From Patescibacteria group bacterium (GTDB lineage: Bacteria > Patescibacteriota > Microgenomatia > UBA1406), in contig JBAYJK010000003.1 of the NCBI GenBank assembly GCA_041665145.1, positions 5,177 to 69,176 of the forward strand: a DNA stretch of 64,000 nt. The letters are read 5' to 3'. The first letter of the stretch is position 1; each line of letters opens with the position of its first letter. A model generated the notes under the pieces. It was not told where the DNA came from. It was given only the letters and a program-made list of their open reading frames with translations, and ran no database searches. Below are positions 27,667 through 35,384 of this stretch, piece after piece. The translations under genes were made by a program, and so were the position numbers.

Positions 27667-29682
27667 ATGATAGGCAAAGTAATTAATGGCTATAAGGTCG
27701 AATCTTTTATAGGCGCTGGTCAATTTGGCGAAGTATATAAAGCGTCTAAGGATGGGAAAATCTACGCTATCAAATTTATTCGCAAGAACTTTATTTATCC
27801 GGACTATCAAGATAAACGGTTTGAAAGAGAAGTCTCTGCCCTAAAACGAGTTAAGGGTAAATATACAGTCGAGATTTATGAGGATGGAGAACACACAGAA
27901 GGACAGACTCCATACAGAGCTATCGTGATGGAGCTTGTTGAAGGTAAAACGCTAAGGGAGATCAGAAATGGCGACTCTTCTCCGTGGGATATCGATAAAG
28001 CTTTATCGATAATAGTTGAAATTTTACAAGGGCTTAAGACTATTCATGATGCTGGAGTTATTCATCGAGATCTAAAACCTGAAAACATTAAGCTCACAGG
28101 CGATGGAGGTATTAAAATACTCGACTATGGCCTAGCTAGGATAATTGATTATTCTTCAATTACTCAAACCGGCCAGCCGCTTGGCACTTTCTTTTACATG
28201 TCTCCAGAACAAGCAAAAGGTGAAAAGCCAATCAGACCTGGTAGTGATTACTATTCAGTGGGGGTAATGCTCTACGAATTATTAACTGGACAAATTTTGT
28301 TTTATCCATCTACCGATGCCCAGATTATTCATAAAACAATCAATGTCAAACCGCCCTATCCTTCTTCGATCAATCCTTCTATTCCTAACTATATTGAAAA
28401 CGTGATTTTGAAGCTTCTTAACAAGGAGGTGTTCCAGCGATTTAGCTCGATTGACGATATTGTTAAAGCATTAACTCAAAAGCCAGATGAAAGTATTACC
28501 GGGGCAGCAGATAGAGTGGAGTTCTATCCTCGGGTAATACCGAACGACACAACGATTCTTGAAGATTACTTGGGACACGAATCACTTGACGGTGTTGATT
28601 TTCCGACAAACCTTCACTTCTTATATAAGAGGCTGCACTCACTTCTAAGGAGAAATACCGATGTTATGAAATTTTTCGCTGATCCAAGTACAAACAGGTT
28701 GGCGTTTACTAATTTTAGAAAAACAAAAGGACTTCGCGAACTTTCTTATGCTCCTCAAGGATACGATGCTTTGACTCCTGATATATTTGAAGAGGAAAAT
28801 TACTTGAAAGAATTTGTTTCAAAAGTAATTGAGTTTCAGGTTGGCAATGGTTGCAACATTCTAACTGCACCATTTTTCTTTTTTAATAACACTTCTGATG
28901 AGTGGTTCCCAATTAATCTAAAACTTCTTAGAGAATCAATTGATTATGTCAGGACCAAGTATCCTCAATATCAGCTGTCGGGGGCGGTTTGCACCCAGGC
29001 GGAGATCTTGTGCCGTCCAAAAGAGCGAAAGACTATAATTGAAGATTACGGACATTGTAAAACAGATTATTTGCAGTTTTTTGTTGATAAGATTTCCGAA
29101 ACCACTAACGATGCACAGCTTTATAACTTCATACTAACAGCCAAGTCTATCAAAGATTTTTCAGGAACAAAGATAATTGCTTGTCGCGTGCCAACTGTTG
29201 CGTTAGGACTATTAACAGTTGGATTTGACGCTATTACTTCAGGTTTGGGGGTAATCGATAATTTCACGAAAAGCATCATTATTAAGGACGATGAGGGAAG
29301 AATGCCCACAAGGCATTATTTTCCAGAGTTATTGAGCTGCATAATCATAAGTCCCAAAAGTAGAGCTTACCAAGATATTTTGGCGCAAGAAGAAGAAATA
29401 AAAAGAGAGTTTCCCGATATGAACATATCTCTTAGTTGTGACTGTAAAGGGTGCATCCATGATTCACTCACAGACTTTCAACGTCCGAGACGGCATTTTC
29501 TACACGCTATAAAACAGGATGTTCAAGCAATCAATAACCTTGGTTCCGCGGAAAGAAGAAAGTATTTTACTGACAGAATTAATAGAGCTTACCTTCTACA
29601 GCAAAAATTAATCGAGAGAGGTGTGAAATTGAATTCACCAGGTTATCTTCAAACTTGGAAAGAGATACTTCTCAAATTCTGA
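27667..29682 (+). CDS. Ser/Thr protein kinase fused to a C-terminal TGT/DpdA-like (tRNA-guanine transglycosylase fold) domain
   Basis: 671 aa. The kinase motifs are GAGQFGEV, YAIKF, HRDLKPENI, DYG, SPE and DYYSVG. The C-terminal ~360 aa carry FADPSTNRLAF (D339), TVGFDAITSG (D521), and CDCKGC-x13-HFLH (nt 29437..29505), which is a CxCxxC...H zinc motif like that of TGT enzymes. Confidence 0.8.
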   Translation: MIGKVINGYKVESFIGAGQFGEVYKASKDGKIYAIKFIRKNFIYPDYQDKRFEREVSALKRVKGKYTVEIYEDGEHTEGQTPYRAIVMELVEGKTLREIRNGDSSPWDIDKALSIIVEILQGLKTIHDAGVIHRDLKPENIKLTGDGGIKILDYGLARIIDYSSITQTGQPLGTFFYMSPEQAKGEKPIRPGSDYYSVGVMLYELLTGQILFYPSTDAQIIHKTINVKPPYPSSINPSIPNYIENVILKLLNKEVFQRFSSIDDIVKALTQKPDESITGAADRVEFYPRVIPNDTTILEDYLGHESLDGVDFPTNLHFLYKRLHSLLRRNTDVMKFFADPSTNRLAFTNFRKTKGLRELSYAPQGYDALTPDIFEEENYLKEFVSKVIEFQVGNGCNILTAPFFFFNNTSDEWFPINLKLLRESIDYVRTKYPQYQLSGAVCTQAEILCRPKERKTIIEDYGHCKTDYLQFFVDKISETTNDAQLYNFILTAKSIKDFSGTKIIACRVPTVALGLLTVGFDAITSGLGVIDNFTKSIIIKDDEGRMPTRHYFPELLSCIIISPKSRAYQDILAQEEEIKREFPDMNISLSCDCKGCIHDSLTDFQRPRRHFLHAIKQDVQAINNLGSAERRKYFTDRINRAYLLQQKLIERGVKLNSPGYLQTWKEILLKF

Positions 29683-30350
29683 ACAGTTGAACTTTCGTAA
29701 AGGAACAACTCTTTTGCAAATAAGCCTATAACTTCATCGTATATTGATACCAAGCTCTTTTTAAGAGGTTTGTGTTTTATCCAAATTTCGCCATTTTCCT
29801 CGTTAAATAATATTAGGCCAATACCGAATTGAGTGAGGTAGTGTTTATCAACATTCTTTTCGTATCGAGAAAGTATTGCCAAATAACATTCATCTGTATA
29901 GCTTTTATATCTTCTTGCCTGTAATATGCCTTGTTTCCAGTCTCGTAGCTTAACTTCAATAGCTACTAGCTTTTTAATAGGGTTTACAAGGGGAACATCT
30001 GTTTTGTAATAGAACTTACCGTGCTTAGAAATATAATCATCAAATGTCAAAATATTAGCAACATTACTGCCAATATTTTTTCCACCACCTGAAGCTTTGA
30101 CAATATCATTTAGGGTGAAGGCTTTATTTTGAGGGAGGGATAAATAGCTTTTAAGAGCATAGTAGTTATTTAGTGGTTTTCTATCAATTATATTTTGATT
30201 TGTAAGAAAGTTTTTAGCAAAAACTAGGTCAGCAATTCCATATCCACCAGCAAATTCCTGGACAGCTATATCAGTATTAAAATTTCGCTTAAGGCCTGAA
30301 GCTAATAACTTAACCAGTTCTGCTTCAGATTGAATTTTACTGGACATCAT
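29649..30350 (-). CDS. PD-(D/E)xK nuclease-like protein with an inserted (winged-helix-like?) segment
   Basis: 233 aa. The motifs are QEF...GIADLVF...(90 aa)...VAIEVKLRDWKQGILQARRY, i.e. an E/D...ExK...Q..R pattern. The 3' end overlaps the kinase gene by 34 nt (convergent). Confidence 0.45.
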   Translation of the reverse strand: MMSSKIQSEAELVKLLASGLKRNFNTDIAVQEFAGGYGIADLVFAKNFLTNQNIIDRKPLNNYYALKSYLSLPQNKAFTLNDIVKASGGGKNIGSNVANILTFDDYISKHGKFYYKTDVPLVNPIKKLVAIEVKLRDWKQGILQARRYKSYTDECYLAILSRYEKNVDKHYLTQFGIGLILFNEENGEIWIKHKPLKKSLVSIYDEVIGLFAKELFLYESSTVQNLRSISFQV

Positions 30351-30560
30351 ATTAAGAATAGCACAATTCGAGTTACATTAGGCAATATAATACTAAAATA
30401 ATCCTGTAAGAATATCAAGATTCTCACTGTCCGTATTCCAAAAACCTCGTACTTTCTTCGCTGTGTACTCCGGATACTCCAGCTCGCTCACCTAATCAAT
30501 TCATCCAATTGTTTGAGGATAATTTTAATTAATTAACTTCTTTGTTATACTATTTTTAAT

Positions 30561-30953
30561 ATGAAATACTTTTTACCCCTCTTAACCCTTCTCTTTTTCG
30601 TAGTTGCCTTTGCGTTTCCGGTGACGACGCTTGCCTGGTTGCAGACGTATGAGGTTGGGCCGACTCGCGTATATGGATTTTGGCCGGGACTGATGCATGG
30701 GTTTATCGCACCCTTTGCTCTTATCGGACAATTGTTTGACAACACCATTGTGCTGTATTCATCAGTTAATAACGGCTTCTGGTACAACCTTGGATTCTTA
30801 CTCGGGATTTCCTGTATTATCGGCGGTGGTTCAAAAGGCACCTGTATAAAACAGAAAAAAGACGACGATGAAAAAAAGTTTGTGGCATTTCTGAGGACCA
30901 TAGGAATTATTGCCTTTTTATCTGCAATTGTGAATAAATGGGGGAAGAAATAA
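30561..30953 (+). CDS. Small membrane protein, unknown function
   Basis: 130 aa with 3-4 hydrophobic helices. TATACT lies 9 nt upstream of the ATG. It was chosen over the antisense 30545..30901 ORF because of the helix pattern and the promoter. Confidence 0.45.
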   Translation: MKYFLPLLTLLFFVVAFAFPVTTLAWLQTYEVGPTRVYGFWPGLMHGFIAPFALIGQLFDNTIVLYSSVNNGFWYNLGFLLGISCIIGGGSKGTCIKQKKDDDEKKFVAFLRTIGIIAFLSAIVNKWGKK

Positions 30954-30954
30954 C

Positions 30955-31054
30955 GTCGCGAGGCAAAATGTCTGATTGTCTAAAGCTATGCGTCTAATTG
31001 TCTGAGTAATATACGTCTGAGAGTCTCAATGTCTGATTGTCTGAATGTCTCAAT
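30955..31054. repeat. R6: GTCT-orientation array (left arm of a split palindrome around 31060..31422)
   Basis: The units are gtcgcgag...gtctgatt gtctaaag...gtctaatt gtctgagt...gtctgaga gtctcaat gtctgatt gtctgaat gtctcaat. Confidence 0.85.
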
Positions 31055-31059
31055 ACCCC

Positions 31060-31422
31060 TCAATGCGCGAGGTACTTTATGAACCTTGAAAGCTTTACTG
31101 AAATACTGATTAACCGTTTTCTCAACTGATCATATGCTTCCGCATTTATATATGAAAGCTTATGAGCGACCAAAAGCTGGGTTCGTACTTCACCCGCGGA
31201 GCCTTTGGCAATATAAAGAAATCTTTTAAAATCCATATCTGATTCTCTTTCAAATCCTTCGGATATATTGGACGGAATTGAAACTGCTGCCCTCCGTATT
31301 TGATCGGTTAATCCATAATCTTTGTGAAAGGAGGTGTAATTGGTTATTGAGTAAACTTTGCCTACAAGTTCAATAGCCTCTTTCCAGATACTAAGATCCT
31401 CAAAGTAACGAATAGTCGGCAT
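31060..31422 (-). CDS. Four-helix-bundle protein (23S rRNA intervening-sequence protein family)
   Basis: 120 aa. FEDLSIWKEAIEL...DQIRRAAVSIPSNISEGFER...FLYIAKGSAGEVRTQL is the family consensus pattern. Confidence 0.85.
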   Translation of the reverse strand: MPTIRYFEDLSIWKEAIELVGKVYSITNYTSFHKDYGLTDQIRRAAVSIPSNISEGFERESDMDFKRFLYIAKGSAGEVRTQLLVAHKLSYINAEAYDQLRKRLISISVKLSRFIKYLAH

Positions 31423-31473
31423 ATGTTTATCTAAGCAGAATCGTCACAATATACAACGGCTTATAAGCATCAC

Positions 31474-31569
31474 ATATCGACATTTAGACACTTAGACAAT
31501 CAGACAATTAGACTCTTTGACACTCAGACACTTGGACAATCAGACAATCAGACTTTGTGACATTTAGAC
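31474..31569. repeat. R7: twelve perfectly phased AWTYAGAC 8-mers (right arm of the split palindrome)
   Basis: The units are atatcgac atttagac acttagac aatcagac aattagac tctttgac actcagac acttggac aatcagac aatcagac tttgtgac atttagac. Confidence 0.9.
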
Positions 31570-31598
31570 TCTTGAGTAATTTTTGTTACAATGTTCTC

Positions 31599-32429
31599 GT
31601 GCGCAACTTATTTTTTTCTGACCAAGTAAAAAAACTTGCTCCCCTCCTTATTATCCAAGTGGCGTTAGTCGCCGTAGTTATCATGACCGGATTGAATGAG
31701 AAACGGCTCAGTTCGTCTTCCAAGGCATCCGGTGTCGACTGCCCCCCGTACTCCGAGTCCCAGGGCACGTGGTGCGATTACCGGCATACGACGGACGAGA
31801 ACAACCGGGATGCTCCTGTTCTCAATCCGAACTATTTGGATACGTACAACGACTGTTGGGATAAATGCGTGAAGCTCGACACTACTCAGTGCAATGGCGT
31901 GTGTCACTACGGAAGCGCTACCGTGTGTGTGCAAGAAGGTGTTTGGGCAGCAAATGCAACCCAGTGTAGCTATATCTGTAACTGGGCATGTTGTGGAGGA
32001 AAGCCCAAGATTTCCGCCTGTACCGGCGGCCCGGTTGAACCGATAGCAACAAGAGCGCCGCAACAGCCGACAACGCCTCCAGCTCAACCTACCCAGCCTC
32101 CCTATGTGCCGCCGACACAGCCGCCGTATGTTCCTCCCGTTCAGCCGACTACCCCACCGAGAATTACTATAGTCCAGCCTTCCACGCCTCCTCCCACCAG
32201 CATTCCTCAGGGAAACATCGACTTCAAACAGCTTGACCAGTATGCAAATCAGCCCACACAAAGTGTAGCTCCCCAGCAGAATACCGGTGACTTTTTAAGC
32301 GGAACGTCTGATTTTGTAAACGGAGTCGGGTCGCGCATTGCATTTGAGGCGAACCTGAACTCCAAACGCCTGTGGTACCTGCTGCAGGGAATCTGGTATA
32401 CCGTCAGTAAACCCTTCCTCAAACCGTAA
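31599..32429 (+). CDS. Membrane-anchored Cys-rich / Pro-rich secreted protein
   Basis: It has a TM anchor LAPLLIIQVALVAVVIMTGL, a Cys-rich ~100-aa domain, then PTQPPYVPPTQPPYVPPVQP repeats. The start is set at GTG 31599, 6 nt after TACAAT 31587..31592. The track start 31557 lies inside R7. Confidence 0.5.
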   Translation: MRNLFFSDQVKKLAPLLIIQVALVAVVIMTGLNEKRLSSSSKASGVDCPPYSESQGTWCDYRHTTDENNRDAPVLNPNYLDTYNDCWDKCVKLDTTQCNGVCHYGSATVCVQEGVWAANATQCSYICNWACCGGKPKISACTGGPVEPIATRAPQQPTTPPAQPTQPPYVPPTQPPYVPPVQPTTPPRITIVQPSTPPPTSIPQGNIDFKQLDQYANQPTQSVAPQQNTGDFLSGTSDFVNGVGSRIAFEANLNSKRLWYLLQGIWYTVSKPFLKP

Positions 32430-32617
32430 ATTATTTTCACTTATTTCAACCGGGTGCCGAGTTTGGAAATGCCGAGTTTAGATTGTCGTGTCGGGAAATA
32501 GTCCTACTATATATGTTTTAGCAGAAGAACAACACCTCTGCCAATGGCAGACTAATGCCTACTCTGCTAAAAATATGCATCTAATACGTACCTGAATTTG
32601 GTTCAGGCTTATCTTCA

Positions 32618-32626
32618 TGGTATAAT
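32618..32626 (+). promoter_or_regulatory. Extended -10 (TGGTATAAT) 8 nt upstream of the Mur-ligase ATG
   Basis: tggtataat at 32618..32626 and ATG at 32635. Confidence 0.5.
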
Positions 32627-32634
32627 GTATCTCG

Positions 32635-33984
32635 ATGAAAAGTCAAGCATACTTTTGGCTTGCCCGCTACTTTCGGTTCTTTGCAAAACTGGTACTGCTG
32701 CGTTGGCATCCGAAAGTAATCGTGATTACCGGATCCGCCGGAAAAACTACTGCTCTGCAATTAACCTACCAGCTCGTTGTCCAGAAGTACCCTGTTAAGA
32801 AAAGTTATAAGGCAAATAGCGCGATAGGAGTGCCTTTGGACGTACTGGGCTTGCACTTCACCAACTACTCCCTCAAAGAGTGGTTTATTAATATTGTCAA
32901 GACTCCCGTTCGTGCGTTGAAACGTTTAGTTTACCCGTATGTGGAACGCTATTACCTGGTGGAACTGGATGTCGACCGTCCGAATGAAATGGAGTTCTTT
33001 TCTCAGTTTATCACCCCCCATATTATCTTCTGGGTCAGCAGTTATGCGACACATACTCAGAACTTTGAACCCCTGGTGAAACAGGGATTGTACCCGTCTG
33101 TTCAGGAAGCGGTTACCGGTGAATATGCCAAGATTCAGAAAGCTGCCAAAAAGAAAACACTGCTTATCACCAACGGCGACAGCAAACTGATGACGAAAGC
33201 GACCAACAAATACCCGTACAAAAAAATTTCCATCCGCGAATCGAAGGGTACGTACCAGTTTACCGACTGGACCATCTTCCGCAAGCGCACGGAATTTACC
33301 GTTAAACTTGGCAAACGTACGGAAGTAGTAACGGTCCCACACATGGTCCCCAAGAATTTCGGGTACACGTTGGTCGAACTGTTTTTGGTTGCCGAAGCGC
33401 TGGGAATTGACGAACGGATGATTAAGGTTGCCTTGGAGAACTACTCCCCCTTACCCGGAAGAAGTTCCGTATTCAAAGGCGTGAATGATTCAATGCTTAT
33501 CGACTCTACTTATAATTCCAGTTACTATGCGTCGAGCGGGTTGCTGACCATGCTGCAGAATTTTCCGGGCAGACGGAAGATTGCCGTATTGGGTGACATG
33601 CGTGAATTGGGAAAAGAAACCAAATCGGAGCATCGCCGCTTGGCCCAACGGGTTGTCGAGTGCGCGGTAGACCAGGTGGTGTTGGTCGGTCCTCAGACAA
33701 AAGCATACGTCCTTCCCTACCTTCTCGATCACGGATACTCGGACTCAACCGTTCATCACTTTGACAACTCGTACCAAGCCGGACTGTTTATCAAAGAACG
33801 TCTGTCAAAATCGGGAGACGTTATTTTGCTGAAAGCCTCTCAGAATACGTTAATGTTTGAAATAATCGTTGAGATGTTGTTGGCGGACAAGTCGGATGTT
33901 GAAAAACTCTGTCGTCGCGAGTTGATCTGGGAAAAGAAGAGACAGCTTATAAAGAAGAGCTTTTATGATAGTTTGAATAGTTAA
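32635..33984 (+). CDS. Mur ligase family protein (MurF-like)
   Basis: 449 aa. It has the P-loop VITGSAGKTT and a Mur-ligase middle and C-terminal layout (LGDMRELG). Confidence 0.7.
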   Translation: MKSQAYFWLARYFRFFAKLVLLRWHPKVIVITGSAGKTTALQLTYQLVVQKYPVKKSYKANSAIGVPLDVLGLHFTNYSLKEWFINIVKTPVRALKRLVYPYVERYYLVELDVDRPNEMEFFSQFITPHIIFWVSSYATHTQNFEPLVKQGLYPSVQEAVTGEYAKIQKAAKKKTLLITNGDSKLMTKATNKYPYKKISIRESKGTYQFTDWTIFRKRTEFTVKLGKRTEVVTVPHMVPKNFGYTLVELFLVAEALGIDERMIKVALENYSPLPGRSSVFKGVNDSMLIDSTYNSSYYASSGLLTMLQNFPGRRKIAVLGDMRELGKETKSEHRRLAQRVVECAVDQVVLVGPQTKAYVLPYLLDHGYSDSTVHHFDNSYQAGLFIKERLSKSGDVILLKASQNTLMFEIIVEMLLADKSDVEKLCRRELIWEKKRQLIKKSFYDSLNS

Positions 33985-33986
33985 AT

Positions 33987-34100
33987 GTCATGGATCACGA
34001 GTCACACGTCTAATTGTCTCAATGTCTGAATGTCTGAGCGTCACGAGTCGAGAGTCACGCGTCTCAATGTCAGAATGTCTGAAAGTCTAAATGTCTAATT
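33987..34100. repeat. R8: long GTCT-orientation array between convergent genes
   Basis: The units are gtcatgga tcacgag tcacac gtctaatt gtctcaat gtctgaat gtctgagc gtcacgag tcgagag tcacgc gtctcaat gtcagaat gtctgaaa gtctaaat gtctaatt. The last unit supplies the stop of 34095..34505. Confidence 0.85.
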
Positions 34101-34505
34101 TCCCGATGCAGATGCTTCCTGGAGTTTTTCGTTGAAGATTTTTTTCGCTTCTTCGGTTCCCACATAGCAGTTCCCTTTGTCGAATATGAAGGGTACACCC
34201 ACACCTTTGGAGACATCGAACTTACAGACATCTACCGCTTCCTGAAGCAATGCCTGATTTTCTTTGTTCTCATATACTTCCAATTTTTGATAGGACACTT
34301 TTTTATCAATCCCCTGCTCGGTGAGATACTTGCTCAATTCGGTGCAATGCGGACACGTCGTACCATAAAAATAAATCAACGCGTTCTTATCCAGTTTGCC
34401 GGTGTCAGTTGTCGGTGATTTTTGTGAGATAAGGTAGACGATAGACGTTGCCCCGAGTATGAAAACCGAAATCAATATGCCGATAAACAATTTTTTCTTA
34501 TCCAT
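34095..34505 (-). CDS. Membrane-anchored thioredoxin/glutaredoxin-fold protein (CPHC)
   Basis: 136 aa with an N-terminal TM helix and a YFYGTTCPHCTEL active-site motif. Confidence 0.7.
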   Translation of the reverse strand: MDKKKLFIGILISVFILGATSIVYLISQKSPTTDTGKLDKNALIYFYGTTCPHCTELSKYLTEQGIDKKVSYQKLEVYENKENQALLQEAVDVCKFDVSKGVGVPFIFDKGNCYVGTEEAKKIFNEKLQEASASGN

Positions 34506-34510
34506 GGTTT

Positions 34511-35371
34511 TTATTTTACCTGACGGGTATATGCTTCAACAACATTTCTCATGAGGTACAAAAGCATAACGGGACCGGTTCCGTTTACTATCGGCGTATA
34601 ATTCACTCCCTGTGTTTCCAGCTCCGTTTCATCATAATCACCTTTCGTCACGTTATCTTCCCGGCGATATCCGTAGTTAATCACCAGACAACCTGGCTTC
34701 ATGGTTAACTTGTTAAGTATTGGCTGTCCGGTGGTTGCGATAACAATATCGGCCTGCTTGTAAAACATTTCCGGTGTCGGTGTCTGGCTGTGGGTAATCA
34801 CAAGTGCCATTTTGTAGTGCACGAGTGTGTTGGCAATCGGTTGTCCTGTTGTTTCACCTCGTCCGGCAAGTACGACGAACCGTTTTTTGAAGTTCCGTTT
34901 AAAGTATTCCGCGTCTCCCCGTTTTATTTCCCATTTCTTTCCGTCGGTGTACACATATTTCAGTATGGATAGTGTTGTCATTCCGACCGGGCTGATGTAT
35001 GGCGACTTATACTTTTGTCCTTCCACTTCTTTGGCAAGGGGAATAAAGTTGTCCAACGTTTGTGATGTTAATTCCGGTGGCAACGGTCGCTGAATGATAA
35101 CCGCATGATAGTCTTTGCTTGAAGCGACACGTCGTAAATGAGATGCAAAGTCCTGAAACATGGGTGTTTTCGGATAGCTGAAGACCTCGATTTTTATACC
35201 GAGTCGGGCGGCAAGTTTTTTCTTCCGCTCAATAAAAATCTCCGTTAACGGGTCACTGCCCACATAAAATAACGCGACAGTCGGCGGATGGCTCTTTTTG
35301 TAAACCCCCTTTAATTTCTCCCGTACTTTTTGTTCAAGTTCGTGTGCTATGACACTGCAATCTATTTTCAT
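34511..35371 (-). CDS. folD: Methylenetetrahydrofolate dehydrogenase/cyclohydrolase-like (FolD)
   Basis: 286 aa. The layout matches FolD: VGSDP...IIQRPLP...VVLAGRGETTGQPIA...THSQT...TPIVNGTGPVM. It is divergent. Confidence 0.7.
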   Translation of the reverse strand: MKIDCSVIAHELEQKVREKLKGVYKKSHPPTVALFYVGSDPLTEIFIERKKKLAARLGIKIEVFSYPKTPMFQDFASHLRRVASSKDYHAVIIQRPLPPELTSQTLDNFIPLAKEVEGQKYKSPYISPVGMTTLSILKYVYTDGKKWEIKRGDAEYFKRNFKKRFVVLAGRGETTGQPIANTLVHYKMALVITHSQTPTPEMFYKQADIVIATTGQPILNKLTMKPGCLVINYGYRREDNVTKGDYDETELETQGVNYTPIVNGTGPVMLLYLMRNVVEAYTRQVK

Positions 35372-35384
35372 AATCTGTCAGTTG

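Noticed and set aside
31474-31569. The tandem 8-nt arrays (R1-R10) could be CRISPR arrays or simple microsatellites.
   Set aside because: The period is 8 nt with no unique spacers, the units are degenerate, and the arrays are palindromic about a centre. There are no cas genes in the window. They are not a pure microsatellite either, because unit sequences vary in a constrained way (GTCTRAWT).
31665-32261. A 198-aa Arg/Gly-rich ORF lies antisense to the Pro-rich protein gene.
   Set aside because: It is an artefact of the CCN-rich proline repeats on the plus strand, which read as GGN/CGN on the other strand. The plus-strand ORF has a TM anchor, a Cys-rich domain and a promoter.
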